From Candidatus Cloacimonadota bacterium (GTDB lineage Bacteria > Cloacimonadota > Cloacimonadia > JGIOTU-2), in the NCBI GenBank assembly GCA_016932035.1, contig JAFGDR010000023.1, forward strand, positions 9,775 through 73,774: a DNA stretch of 64,000 nucleotides, in the 5' to 3' direction. Numbering within the stretch: the stretch's first letter is position 1; each line of letters begins with the position of its first letter. Of this stretch, positions 19,834-29,042 are shown one piece after another. Both the position numbers and the translations under genes were made by a program. The notes under the pieces were generated by a model. The model was not told the DNA's origin and did no database searches. It saw only the letters and a list, made by a program, of their open reading frames with translations.

Positions 19834-20961
19834 TTAAGGCAAAAACTGCAACGGATCGTAGGCCCGTCCATCCAGCCGAACCTCGAAATGAACATGCGCA
19901 CCTGTTGCATTGCCGGTCATTCCAACCTTTGCAATGATTTCCCCTTTTTTAACCTTATCACCCTTACTAACAAGATTTTCCTGATTATGTGCATACACCG
20001 TCATAATGCTGTTATCATGCTTGAGAATGATGACATTTCCATAGCCGCGTTGTTTTCCCGAATAAGCTACTTCACCATCTAACACTGCTTTTAATGGAGT
20101 GCCTTCAGGGCATGCGATATCCAAACCTTTATGTGGTTTCCCGTCACGAGTGCCGAAGCCAGATGTGATCTGCCCTGTACAAGGCCATATGATACCGTAT
20201 TTCTGGAATTCAGATTTCTTTATTACCGGTTTAGGAATCGTATATTTTGAATTATCATCCTTGGATTGTGGGGCAAGATAGAGCTTCTGTCCTACAAAAA
20301 TATTATCAGAACTCAAGCTGTTGTAGTTCTTTAATTCATATATTGACAAGCTGTAGGTTGATGCAATTCTATAAAGTGTCTCACCCTTTTTAACAACATG
20401 ATATTTTGGTTTCTTGGTCTGTGTGGTTTGAACCTTGGGTGTTTCGATCTTTTCTTGAGTTGGTTGAGGTTTGTCTATTTTTTTCGGCTCATATTGCTTT
20501 ATAGGTGTGGTAACAGTTGTGGTTTGAATTGTTGTACCATTTAAAAGTAATTTTTCCCCGGCTTTAATCGTATAGGATGAAAGTTGGTTCCATTCCATCA
20601 ATTGTTCGATAGGAATGGAATACATCTTAGAGATCCTATAAAGTGTCTCACCTTTTTGAATAACATGATAACCGGATGAAGGAATGTCCTTTTTTGTAAC
20701 ATAATACTGTTGTGGGTGCTCTTTACTATATAAATATATTTTTTGTCCAATGAGAATTTTATCTGATGGAAGATTATTTATCCTTTTAAGAGCATCTACA
20801 GTTGTTTCGTACTTCTTAGCTATTGAGTATAGGGTATCTCCTTTTTTTACAACATGATAATCATCGGATTCAGTAATATATGTTGGATTTGGAGAAAATC
20901 CAAGCAATAGAAGGCATAAAAAAAGAATAATAAGTTTAGTATACAATTTCGAATGAATCAT
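19834..20961 (-). CDS. LysM-domain (3 copies) M23 family metallopeptidase, NlpD-like
   Basis: Three LysM repeats (YHVVKKGDTLYSIAKKY..., YHVIQKGETLYRISKMY..., YHVVKKGETLYRIASTY...). C-terminal M23 motifs (HKGLDIA, GYGNVIILKH, GAHVHFEV). The start was placed at MIHSK (signal peptide LIILFLCLLLLGF); the ORF track extends to 21003, overlapping acyP. Confidence 0.8.
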   Translation of the reverse strand: MIHSKLYTKLIILFLCLLLLGFSPNPTYITESDDYHVVKKGDTLYSIAKKYETTVDALKRINNLPSDKILIGQKIYLYSKEHPQQYYVTKKDIPSSGYHVIQKGETLYRISKMYSIPIEQLMEWNQLSSYTIKAGEKLLLNGTTIQTTTVTTPIKQYEPKKIDKPQPTQEKIETPKVQTTQTKKPKYHVVKKGETLYRIASTYSLSIYELKNYNSLSSDNIFVGQKLYLAPQSKDDNSKYTIPKPVIKKSEFQKYGIIWPCTGQITSGFGTRDGKPHKGLDIACPEGTPLKAVLDGEVAYSGKQRGYGNVIILKHDNSIMTVYAHNQENLVSKGDKVKKGEIIAKVGMTGNATGAHVHFEVRLDGRAYDPLQFLP

Positions 20962-21208
20962 ATTCAGTTTGTTCCGGGTCTTCTTCAATGATGATGTTGT
21001 CAACGCGTGCTGAAGGAGGTCCTAATTTGATTTTATCAATAAAGGGTTCCAGGTTTTCGGCATCGCCCTGGACCTTGATTTCAACTTCTCCGTTATAAAG
21101 ATTTTTTACATATCCATACAGATTATACTGACGTGCATTATAGGTTGTAAAATATCGAAATGCAACACCCTGTACAATGCCTTTTATGATGATATGTAGT
21201 TTTTTCAT
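20936..21208 (-). CDS. acyP: Acylphosphatase
   Basis: VQGVAFRYFT...GYVKN.NGEVEI..QG....L..F...I..GPPSA.V matches the acylphosphatase signatures. The ATG lies 1 nt after the upstream gene's stop (TAAaATG), suggesting translational coupling. Confidence 0.8.
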   Translation of the reverse strand: MKKLHIIIKGIVQGVAFRYFTTYNARQYNLYGYVKNLYNGEVEIKVQGDAENLEPFIDKIKLGPPSARVDNIIIEEDPEQTEYDSFEIVY

Positions 21209-21209
21209 T

Positions 21210-24113
21210 TTAATCAAATACAATTATTTTTGGTCTTACTACTCCAGCGCGAATCTGGGTATGACCATTCATATATATTTTTCTATGATGATGTTCTCTG
21301 AAGAAGTCTTCAAAGACGGCATTCATTCTGAAATCACCGAAACCTTCTGTCAATATTATCGGGAACGGTATAACCTCATTTCCCGTGAGTGCAACACCGA
21401 TCTCTTCTCCGATGAATGAAACGAGGTCTTTATTATCGATGGACGGAGCGATAACACCCCCAACATCACTTTCTGCACACAATTTGAGAAATTCATAATC
21501 GATTTTATCGAAGCAAATAAGAATGGTATTTTTACATTTATCTTTTTCGAGAACCGGTTTTGATAGGATCATCATATTGCTTGTTCTTTCGCGACCGAAT
21601 CCGATAATCCCGTTGAGAATACTTCCGTTATACTGTATCATAACTGATACATTATCCTCAACATCGATAACATCTCCGCTCACATGAGCCAACAGTTTGT
21701 ATGGTTCATTTTTATACTGAATCGTAACAGTTCCATTTTCTATATCAATATCAGTTATGACACCAGTCGTCGGTGATGGTATCACATGACTGAAATCTTT
21801 CTCAAGTCTTGCTGCAAGCGGTTCATAGGTTTCGATAAAATCTCCTTCATGCTTTTTTAGGTAACCTTTGATATGTTTTGGATTGATTTTCAGTTCTTTC
21901 GCCACATTTACTTTATAAGGTTTGGTCGAATAATCCTGGATTTCGCGTAGAATGATCGTGCCAGTTTCGAAATTGATATGTTCAATCGTACCTCTTACAG
22001 GTGTCCTGTACGTGCTGCTCTTACCAGAAAAAGCTGATATAACTCCACGATCTGCAATATCGAGAATCTTCTGATTGAATTTTACCGACTCTCCCTCTTT
22101 AATGCAAATACTTTTCTCCATGAGTCCGGGTGTGAGGTCAAGATAATCAAGTGTAAACAGAGAGAGCACATAGATCTTTGGCGGGGCATATTTATTCTCA
22201 CCGATAAGAGTATCATACGTAACCGGATCACCCTTGCGAACAAATAGTTCACCTTCATATGGTAGTTCCCGTTTGATTGTGAATGTGCCATTTTCAATTG
22301 ATTTATGTTCAAAAAATGATGAGAAACATTCTTCGATTTTTTTATTGGATGTGTCTTCTTTGAATAAATCAAGCTCTTTATTATATTGCTCAAAGAAAGT
22401 ATTTTCTTTGAAACGGGTATCGATCAAGAGGGGGAGTTCAGTATCCAATTCAAATTCATGATCGTTATTGCCTAAAGAAAAGCCTTTCTCGAGTTTGATT
22501 GAGATATTGCGAGATTCTTTCTGATCATTCGGAATATATTTCATTTCATCTGAAAGAATAGAATACGTTTTATCTTGTATGCTAATATCCATTACTTTTC
22601 GATTTGGTTTCATCTGTTTATAAATCGGATGAATACATAGACCGATTTTTTGAAAACACTCTTTATGTATAAGTTCACATGCAATTTCTCGATCTATTTC
22701 ACTGAGTTTTCCGAGATGAGGTGAAATGAAATGATTATCCCGCCAGACCTCTGTAATTCCGGAAGGTTTCAGTCCATCACAGATGGTCAATAGAGATTGT
22801 TTTTCGGATGGTGCATTTGAAAGTACGCCACCAGCACCGATCATTATGCCAATATCTTTCATATGAAAGGAACGCTTCGACTCAAGCTTTTCAACATAGA
22901 AGCATTCAAGGAATTTGTCGAGGTCCATGTGTTTTAAGCGATCAAGAATCCCAATATTTTGAGTATTAAAATGCATCTTCATATGCTGGTCTTTGGACAG
23001 GCGGATCGCTTCACGTGCAACTGCATGTTCGATTGCAATCTGAATATCATCATCAGGCACATAAAGAGGATAGAGCATTTTATTCGAAATATAATTTCTT
23101 AAGTAATTTTCATTAATACTATCGGGTAGCCACTTCTGCACATTATCGAATCCTGCATCTTTCATTACATTCGATATACTGTAACTCATTCCATAATTTG
23201 CGCTTACAGTTCGGTGATAATTTCCCAGTATATTTGAAAAAACGTCAGTCGTTGCGCCACCAATATCAACTGAAATTACATTCTTTCCTAATTCTTCACT
23301 GACAATTTTCAGCGTATTGATAACTCCAGATGGTGTTGGAATGATATCACCTGCAACGACTTTTTTCAAATCACCATATCCGGGCGCTTGTTCCATCACA
23401 TTATCCATGAAGAGCTGGTGTATCTTTTCCTGGGCTGGTGGAAGATTTTCATCTTGGAGAGTTGGACGAAGATTTGGTACAATATAAAGTTCAAACTTCT
23501 CTGAAAAAAGCGATTGAATAAAGGATTGTGCATCTTTATTGCCGGCATAAACAAGCGGGATTTTTGTCTTATCTCCAAATTTTGGTTTAGGATGAGCGAG
23601 TGAAAGGAGTTCACCCATTCGTACAATACTGCTTATATTCCCACCATCAGTTCCACCCGAAAAGAGGATGATATCCGGTCGCAGCAAACGGATGAGCTGC
23701 ATTTGCTCAACAGCAGTTCTGTTATCGTTAATAGCAAAGGTGTCGAGTATAACACCTCCGGAACCATACGCAGCTCGTTTGGCGCTGCTAGCTGAATCGA
23801 ATAATGTCAGACCGAACACAAGAATCTGCAGTCCACCTCCGGCACTACTCGTCGTCAGATAAAGTGTATCTTCAGAAAAATGAAGGCTTTGTGAAGAAGC
23901 ATTCTTGTGTAGAAGCGATATATGGTTCTCCTCCTCGATCTGTTTTATAGCTTTAAAGATTCCTATCTTAACATCTTCCTGTGGACTCTCTACTGTTGTA
24001 CCAACATTTTTAAGAGCAGTAAGTGTATATAATGAGTTATTCTTTTGGAAAAGGACAGCTTTTGTTGTTGTACTGCCAATGTCTGTAATAAGTAAATTTT
24101 TTTCTAATTCCAT
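21210..24113 (-). CDS. 967-aa fusion: N-terminal glutamate-mutase MutL/GlmL-like actin-fold ATPase domain plus an uncharacterised ~500-aa C-terminal region
   Basis: The N-terminal ~450 aa hold two phosphate-binding motifs (LITDIGSTTTKAVLF and ISVDIGGATTDVFS). They are collinear with, and about 45% identical to, the MutL-like ORF at 63284 (MAKDLRSILATDCGSTTTKAIL...TSSAGGGLQ...RPD.IL.SGG.DGG...YAGNKDA). The C-terminal half has repeated beta-hairpin-like modules (GTIEHINFETGTII, TGVITDIDIENGTVTIQ, VSGDVIDVEDNVSVMIQ) and an unrecognised tail. Confidence 0.6.
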   Translation of the reverse strand: MELEKNLLITDIGSTTTKAVLFQKNNSLYTLTALKNVGTTVESPQEDVKIGIFKAIKQIEEENHISLLHKNASSQSLHFSEDTLYLTTSSAGGGLQILVFGLTLFDSASSAKRAAYGSGGVILDTFAINDNRTAVEQMQLIRLLRPDIILFSGGTDGGNISSIVRMGELLSLAHPKPKFGDKTKIPLVYAGNKDAQSFIQSLFSEKFELYIVPNLRPTLQDENLPPAQEKIHQLFMDNVMEQAPGYGDLKKVVAGDIIPTPSGVINTLKIVSEELGKNVISVDIGGATTDVFSNILGNYHRTVSANYGMSYSISNVMKDAGFDNVQKWLPDSINENYLRNYISNKMLYPLYVPDDDIQIAIEHAVAREAIRLSKDQHMKMHFNTQNIGILDRLKHMDLDKFLECFYVEKLESKRSFHMKDIGIMIGAGGVLSNAPSEKQSLLTICDGLKPSGITEVWRDNHFISPHLGKLSEIDREIACELIHKECFQKIGLCIHPIYKQMKPNRKVMDISIQDKTYSILSDEMKYIPNDQKESRNISIKLEKGFSLGNNDHEFELDTELPLLIDTRFKENTFFEQYNKELDLFKEDTSNKKIEECFSSFFEHKSIENGTFTIKRELPYEGELFVRKGDPVTYDTLIGENKYAPPKIYVLSLFTLDYLDLTPGLMEKSICIKEGESVKFNQKILDIADRGVISAFSGKSSTYRTPVRGTIEHINFETGTIILREIQDYSTKPYKVNVAKELKINPKHIKGYLKKHEGDFIETYEPLAARLEKDFSHVIPSPTTGVITDIDIENGTVTIQYKNEPYKLLAHVSGDVIDVEDNVSVMIQYNGSILNGIIGFGRERTSNMMILSKPVLEKDKCKNTILICFDKIDYEFLKLCAESDVGGVIAPSIDNKDLVSFIGEEIGVALTGNEVIPFPIILTEGFGDFRMNAVFEDFFREHHHRKIYMNGHTQIRAGVVRPKIIVFD

Positions 24114-24152
24114 GTTTTGATTTTTATGAAGGGGTGAAATGCTGTAAAGTTT

Positions 24153-25142
24153 TTAGCCTTTCAAACCGCTGGTAACAAAACTTGAAATGATTTGTCTCTG
24201 GGCAAAAAGGAAGAGAATGAGAAGAGGTGCAATCGAGAATGTTGATGCAGCCATAAGAAGTGAAGTGCTTGAAGACGCTTCCTGAGCAAAGTAGGAAAGA
24301 CCCACCTGGAGTACTCTCAGATTATCGCTGCTGGTCATAACCAATGGCCACATGAAGCTGTTCCAGCTGCCGATCAAGGAAAAGATAGCTGTTGTTGCGA
24401 GAATTGGTTTTGAAATCGGCAAGACGACTCTCCACAAAATACCAAATTGTGAACACCCATCAATGACTGCTGCGTCGAAAAGATCTTGGGGAATTGTCTT
24501 GAATTGCTGCCTGAGCAGGAAAATGCTGAATATATTTGCGATCCAAGGAACGATCAGAGCTTGGTAAGTGTTTATCCAATCGAGTTTTGTTAGAAGAAAA
24601 TATGATGGTATAAGGTATATCGGTTGAGGAACCATCATCATGCTGATGAAAAGATAAAATATGAAGTCTCGTCCCTTAAACCTCATCCGTGCAAAAGCAT
24701 AAGCAGCTAATGAGGATGTTATCAATACTCCTATCAGGACCGAAAACGAAACGATAAGTGTGTTCAGGAAATATCTGCCGAATGGAACTTTTGTAAATGC
24801 TTCGACATAATTATCCCAGTGAAATTTTATTCGTTTGGAAGACTTGATTTCTTCAGATGGAACTTTAACATAGGATTCTCTGAAAGTTTTACCATCTTTA
24901 TCGTAAATATTAATAACCGTAAGGTTCTCTTCTTTTGCAACGATCTCACAATGCTCTTTCTTGCCATCATGAATATAATAGTTCACGAACTCGATTGGTA
25001 TAAACCCCACGCTTCCTTTATTAACCGTTGTTTGCGATTTTAAGGATGTAGATACCATCCAGATGAAAGGTACAACCATGATCAGTCCGCAGAGGATGAG
25101 CATGAAATATGAGAAACCTTTTCCGAAATATTTTTTCAGCAT
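24153..25142 (-). CDS. Carbohydrate ABC transporter permease (MalG-like) with a ~65-aa periplasmic insertion
   Basis: EAA-loop region DAAVIDGCSQFGILWRVVLPISKPIL and six TM segments. There is an extra loop after TM1 (FVNYYIHDGKKEHCEIVAKEENLTVINIYDKDGKTF...). Its start overlaps the upstream gene's stop (TGATG). Confidence 0.8.
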   Translation of the reverse strand: MLKKYFGKGFSYFMLILCGLIMVVPFIWMVSTSLKSQTTVNKGSVGFIPIEFVNYYIHDGKKEHCEIVAKEENLTVINIYDKDGKTFRESYVKVPSEEIKSSKRIKFHWDNYVEAFTKVPFGRYFLNTLIVSFSVLIGVLITSSLAAYAFARMRFKGRDFIFYLFISMMMVPQPIYLIPSYFLLTKLDWINTYQALIVPWIANIFSIFLLRQQFKTIPQDLFDAAVIDGCSQFGILWRVVLPISKPILATTAIFSLIGSWNSFMWPLVMTSSDNLRVLQVGLSYFAQEASSSTSLLMAASTFSIAPLLILFLFAQRQIISSFVTSGLKG

Positions 25143-26083
25143 CAGTACTGCACCTTTTTCTCGAGCTGTTTTTGCAGAAGGGTCAGTGAAAGGATGATAA
25201 TAAAGAGGACAAGCGCAATTGCGCTGGCATAACTCAAGTTTTGAGATTCCCCAAAACCTGTTTCAAAAATATAATACACGATAACTTTTGTTGTACCGAG
25301 TGGTCCTCCTATTGGTGGTCCTGTCATCAAGTACACCTGGGAGAATACCTGGAATGTTGTTATCGTTGTCATTATGAGCACATAAAATGTTGTAGGGGAG
25401 ATAAGAGGAACAGTTATTTTGAAGAACTGCCTCCATTTGCTTGCACCGTCGATTTCAGCAGCTTCGTAATATACTTCAGGAATGTTTTGAAGTCCAGCAA
25501 GATAGATGATCGTATTGTATCCCAAACTTCTCCACACGCTGACAATAATGATCGCGAAAAGTGCAAGTGAAGGTCCTCCGAGTGCTTTTGGAATATCGAT
25601 GCCCATCGATCCAAAAAGTAGCGTGAATATTCCTCGTGGTTCGGAAAGCCAATCGAGACCGTGAATTCCAAAGAAACTAAGCATATGGTTCATCAATCCA
25701 CCCTGAGGTGAGAAGATGAGTTTCCATAGGATTGAAATCGCAACGAGAGAAGTGACGGTAGGAATAAAATAGGTTGTTCTGAAGAGACTAGATAGTTTCT
25801 TTGTTCTATTCAAAAGATTGGCAAAAAAGAGTGAGAGAATTAATGTTGATGGAACGACAAAAATTACAAGATAAAATGTATTGAGAAGTGATTGCCAGAA
25901 TCCGGGATCCTGGAAAAGTTTTAAGTAGTTTTGGAATCCTATAAATTGTTCGGGACCATGAATTGTCCATTTAAAGAAGCTGATGATGAATGAGAGTACT
26001 ATTGGAATGAGACGGAAAGCAAATACTATCAAAAAGGCTGGTAAGATATACCCAAAAGGGAAATAGTTTTTCTTTGTTCTCAT
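25142..26083 (-). CDS. Carbohydrate ABC transporter permease (MalF/UgpA-like)
   Basis: EAAEIDGASKWRQFFKITVPLISPT permease signature and multiple TM segments. AGGAG lies upstream of the ATG. It ends with a TGA stop. Confidence 0.8.
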   Translation of the reverse strand: MRTKKNYFPFGYILPAFLIVFAFRLIPIVLSFIISFFKWTIHGPEQFIGFQNYLKLFQDPGFWQSLLNTFYLVIFVVPSTLILSLFFANLLNRTKKLSSLFRTTYFIPTVTSLVAISILWKLIFSPQGGLMNHMLSFFGIHGLDWLSEPRGIFTLLFGSMGIDIPKALGGPSLALFAIIIVSVWRSLGYNTIIYLAGLQNIPEVYYEAAEIDGASKWRQFFKITVPLISPTTFYVLIMTTITTFQVFSQVYLMTGPPIGGPLGTTKVIVYYIFETGFGESQNLSYASAIALVLFIIILSLTLLQKQLEKKVQY

Positions 26084-26101
26084 CAGCTCCTACATAATAA
26101 A

Positions 26102-26175
26102 TGGCTGGGGTGCAGGGATTCGAACCCCAATAGGCAGATCCAGAGTCTGCTGTCTTGCCATTAGACGACACCCCA
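26102..26175 (-). tRNA. tRNA-Gln (anticodon CTG)
   Basis: Reverse complement TGGGGTGTCGTCTAATGGCAAGACAGCAGACTCTGGATCTGCCTATTGGGGTTCGAATCCCTGCACCCCAGCCA. 7-bp acceptor stem, anticodon stem GCAGA/TCTGC with loop CTCTGGA, T-loop TTCGAAT, CCA encoded. Confidence 0.85.
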
Positions 26176-26185
26176 TGGTTATAAA

Positions 26186-26260
26186 TGGCTGGGTCGGGAG
26201 GATTCGAACCTCCGGATGCAGGGACCAAAACCCTGTGCCTTTCCACTTGGCGACGACCCA
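26186..26260 (-). tRNA. tRNA-Gln (anticodon TTG)
   Basis: Reverse complement TGGGTCGTCGCCAAGTGGAAAGGCACAGGGTTTTGGTCCCTGCATCCGGAGGTTCGAATCCTCCCGACCCAGCCA. Clean cloverleaf, anticodon loop TTTTGGT. Confidence 0.9.
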
Positions 26261-26272
26261 CATTTCTATAGA

Positions 26273-26365
26273 TGGCGGAGAGGCAGGGATTCGAACCCTG
26301 GGTAAGATGTTACTCCTACACACGCTTAGCAGGCGCGCACCTTAAGCCAACTCGGTCACCTCTCC
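26273..26365 (-). tRNA. tRNA-Ser (anticodon GCT), type II with long variable arm
   Basis: Reverse complement GGAGAGGTGACCGAGTTGGCTTAAGGTGCGCGCCTGCTAAGCGTGTGTAGGAGTAACATCTTACCCAGGGTTCGAATCCCTGCCTCTCCGCCA. Anticodon loop CTGCTAA, 93 nt. Confidence 0.85.
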
Positions 26366-26378
26366 TAAAAGAACAAAA

Positions 26379-26464
26379 TGGCGGAGGATGAGGGACTCGA
26401 ACCCCCAAGGGCAGAGCCCGGCGGTTTTCAAGACCGCTGCCTTACCAATTAGGACTAATCCTCC
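26379..26464 (-). tRNA. tRNA-Ser (anticodon TGA), type II
   Basis: Reverse complement GGAGGATTAGTCCTAATTGGTAAGGCAGCGGTCTTGAAAACCGCCGGGCTCTGCCCTTGGGGGTTCGAGTCCCTCATCCTCCGCCA. Anticodon stem GCGGT/ACCGC with loop CTTGAAA. Confidence 0.85.
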
Positions 26465-26599
26465 GTTTAGATTTCACATATTCTGTAAATTAGGATGATA
26501 TAATCCGAAGCACTCTTCTCGCATGTCAACATTTTCAAAAAAAATCCTAAAATTCCATTTTTGTTGACACGACTGCCGCATATCGGCATTTCTCACTCT

Positions 26600-27439
26600 A
26601 TGCAAAATATCGGAATATTCTATAATCCAACGTTGTTTAAAAATATTCAAAAACTCCAATCCCATATTGAGTTTCTTGTAAAGAACAGCTTTAATGTTTC
26701 ACTTTTAGGAAGCCAAAAGCGGGACAGGTTAGAGAATATTTCATATGTTCAAGCATTTACAAAAGATAATATTGATTCACTTATTGTACTTGGAGGAGAT
26801 GGTACTATTCTTCTCGCTTCAAAGTTGGTTCTGAAAAAGGGAATACCAATACTTGGATTCAATCACGGCAAACTTGGATTTCTGTCTGAATGTGATAAAC
26901 ATGAGTTTGAATTTGTGATCTCAGCATTGAAGAACGATTCATATTCAATCGAAGAAAGAATGGTTTTAGAATATCTTCCCGCACTTGATAGAGCTGAAAT
27001 TCGATATGCCCTGAATGACTGTGTTCTTTATAAAGGAATATACCCAAAGATGCTTACCTTTGAGGTGTTTGGAAATCAAGAATTCCTCTTTAATATCGAA
27101 GCTGATGGGCTTGTTGTCTCGACACCAACTGGTTCAACCGGTTATAATATATCAGCTGGTGGATCGATAGCTTTTCCAAGTACGAATGTATTACTTTTAA
27201 CACCGATAAATCCTCATAATCAGTTTATCAAACCATTCATCTTATCTGCTGACATGTCCCTTACAATAAATTACATCAAAGGTGATAGCCAGGTCTGTAT
27301 TGCAATTGATGGTGAAAATGTTGATGCTGTAGATAAAAATATTGAAATATTGATAAAAAAATCTGTATATCAATCAAGATTTATAAAGTTGCCGGACAAG
27401 AGTTTTGCAAAAATAGTAAGAGAAAAATTTATCGGTTAA
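26600..27439 (+). CDS. nadK: NAD(+) kinase
   Basis: GGDGTILLASK, NHGKLGFL, DGLVVSTPTGSTGYN(I)SAGG motifs. The start was placed at MQNIGIFYNP, which matches typical NadK N-termini; the ORF track extends to TTG 26561. Its stop overlaps the next start (TAATG). Confidence 0.85.
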   Translation: MQNIGIFYNPTLFKNIQKLQSHIEFLVKNSFNVSLLGSQKRDRLENISYVQAFTKDNIDSLIVLGGDGTILLASKLVLKKGIPILGFNHGKLGFLSECDKHEFEFVISALKNDSYSIEERMVLEYLPALDRAEIRYALNDCVLYKGIYPKMLTFEVFGNQEFLFNIEADGLVVSTPTGSTGYNISAGGSIAFPSTNVLLLTPINPHNQFIKPFILSADMSLTINYIKGDSQVCIAIDGENVDAVDKNIEILIKKSVYQSRFIKLPDKSFAKIVREKFIG

Positions 27440-28062
27440 TGTACACAAAAAAAGACGGATTCGCTCGAGCAGATTTTGATCCTAAGACAGTACTGTCTGT
27501 TCCAAATATTGTAACAATGGTTCGTTTGATCATCTTACCTTTTGTACTCGTCGCTCTTAACAGACAGCAAAACATTCAAGCATTTATTCTAATACTACTA
27601 GCCGGTTTTACTGACGTTCTCGATGGATTCCTGGCAAAAATACTTCATCAGGCAACAACTATCGGCAAGATCCTTGATCCGGTAATAGACAAGATATTTA
27701 CTGTAGCTGTTCTTATTTATCTCTATGTTTATAGAGGTTTCCCAGGATGGGCATTTTATATAATCATAATATTGGAACTCATGATCCTGGTTGGAGGATA
27801 CTTGCTTATAACGAAACATCATCAAATTCCAAGCTCAAGTTTTTATGGTAAACTTGCTGTTATCATCATCAGTCTTGGAATGTATTTTTATATTATTGAT
27901 GTTGACAAAATAAATTCATTATCGTTTGTAGGGGTAAATATTAAAGTCATTACAGTTAGCCTAGGAGTTATTTTGTTAGTAATAGCAACTGTTACATATG
28001 GATGTATTTCCAAAAAAGAGATTAGAAAACTTAATAAACATATTGGAACGAAGGAGAAATAA
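27439..28062 (+). CDS. CDP-alcohol phosphatidyltransferase family protein (PgsA-like)
   Basis: Signature D-G-x2-A-R...G...G...D...D is present as DVLDGFLAKILHQATTIGKILDPVIDKI. Several TM helices. Confidence 0.75.
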   Translation: MYTKKDGFARADFDPKTVLSVPNIVTMVRLIILPFVLVALNRQQNIQAFILILLAGFTDVLDGFLAKILHQATTIGKILDPVIDKIFTVAVLIYLYVYRGFPGWAFYIIIILELMILVGGYLLITKHHQIPSSSFYGKLAVIIISLGMYFYIIDVDKINSLSFVGVNIKVITVSLGVILLVIATVTYGCISKKEIRKLNKHIGTKEK

Positions 28063-29030
28063 TGGCATCTTTATATCTATCGAGAAGAATTAAGAATTTT
28101 ATTATGCTTGGTATAATTATTGTAGCATTTATAATTGCATTTAACAAATCGGATATAATCAATGCTTTTCTTAAACCTTCCGATGTAATGGGGCATGCAC
28201 CTAAAAAAGCTCAAGAAATGTTCCAGCATTCAAAATATGACACCAAGGTTGAACTTAACTATATAACTCCAGAAATCAAGGATTTGAAAAACGAGATCGA
28301 TGACTGTATAATCGAAAATGATCTTAATACAATTTACTCGAAAATTTCATCAAATAACTTAACAAAACTTATTGAAATACCACGTGATAAATATAAAAGT
28401 ATTATTATTTCATTACGTGACCATGAAGAGTTATCCTCGGATGAACTTGTACAATCGGCTGAATCAGCTTCAGCTGAATTTCTTAATCAAAGAATCAAGG
28501 ATGAAGAAAAGGTAAAAGAGAAAATATTAAATGATCTTTCTCAAGTACGCAGTGTTTATGAAACAGAGAGTCTTCAAGAAAACTTGCAACGGCAGAGCAA
28601 CATACTCGACTCACTTAGACAGACTCTCGCAGAAAGAAAGCAGCACATGAATAACGTCCTTGCAAAAATCGAAGTTTCTCATTTTGTTTCCAGAACTGAT
28701 GTAACCGAGAGTGCTTTGAAGACTTTCCTCATAACTTTTGCTGTTTCACTACTCTTTATTTCAATAGGTCTTTTTGTAATATATTTTATACTAATACTTT
28801 TTACAAAACTCTTTTCAGTTCTTGGTATTAAAACAACTCATGGTCAACCTTCAAGGTATAGTGGTTATAGTGGATATGGTGGTTATGGTAGATATGGTTC
28901 TTCATCATATGGCCATGGTTATGATTACGGCAACCGCAAGAAGATAAAAAGAAAATATATTAGAAAACCAAAGAGTGAAGTTGAGGAACATTTAGAAAAA
29001 GATGAGAGTGAAGATAAAGATACGAAATAA
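28062..29030 (+). CDS. Hypothetical two-TM coiled-coil membrane protein with Gly/Tyr/Ser-rich low-complexity tail
   Basis: AAGGAG RBS, and the start overlaps the upstream stop. TM near residues 13-27 and about 230-258. Central coiled-coil-like charged region. Tail SRYSGYSGYGGYGRYGSSSYGHGYDYG followed by a K/E-rich end. Confidence 0.6.
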   Translation: MASLYLSRRIKNFIMLGIIIVAFIIAFNKSDIINAFLKPSDVMGHAPKKAQEMFQHSKYDTKVELNYITPEIKDLKNEIDDCIIENDLNTIYSKISSNNLTKLIEIPRDKYKSIIISLRDHEELSSDELVQSAESASAEFLNQRIKDEEKVKEKILNDLSQVRSVYETESLQENLQRQSNILDSLRQTLAERKQHMNNVLAKIEVSHFVSRTDVTESALKTFLITFAVSLLFISIGLFVIYFILILFTKLFSVLGIKTTHGQPSRYSGYSGYGGYGRYGSSSYGHGYDYGNRKKIKRKYIRKPKSEVEEHLEKDESEDKDTK

Positions 29031-29042
29031 AGCTTTTGTTCA

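Noticed and set aside
25971-26323. Minus-strand ORFs 25971-26261 (96 aa) and 26090-26323 (77 aa)
   Set aside because: They overlap the Gln/Gln/Ser tRNA genes and have low-complexity translations, so they are artefacts of reading through structured RNA genes.
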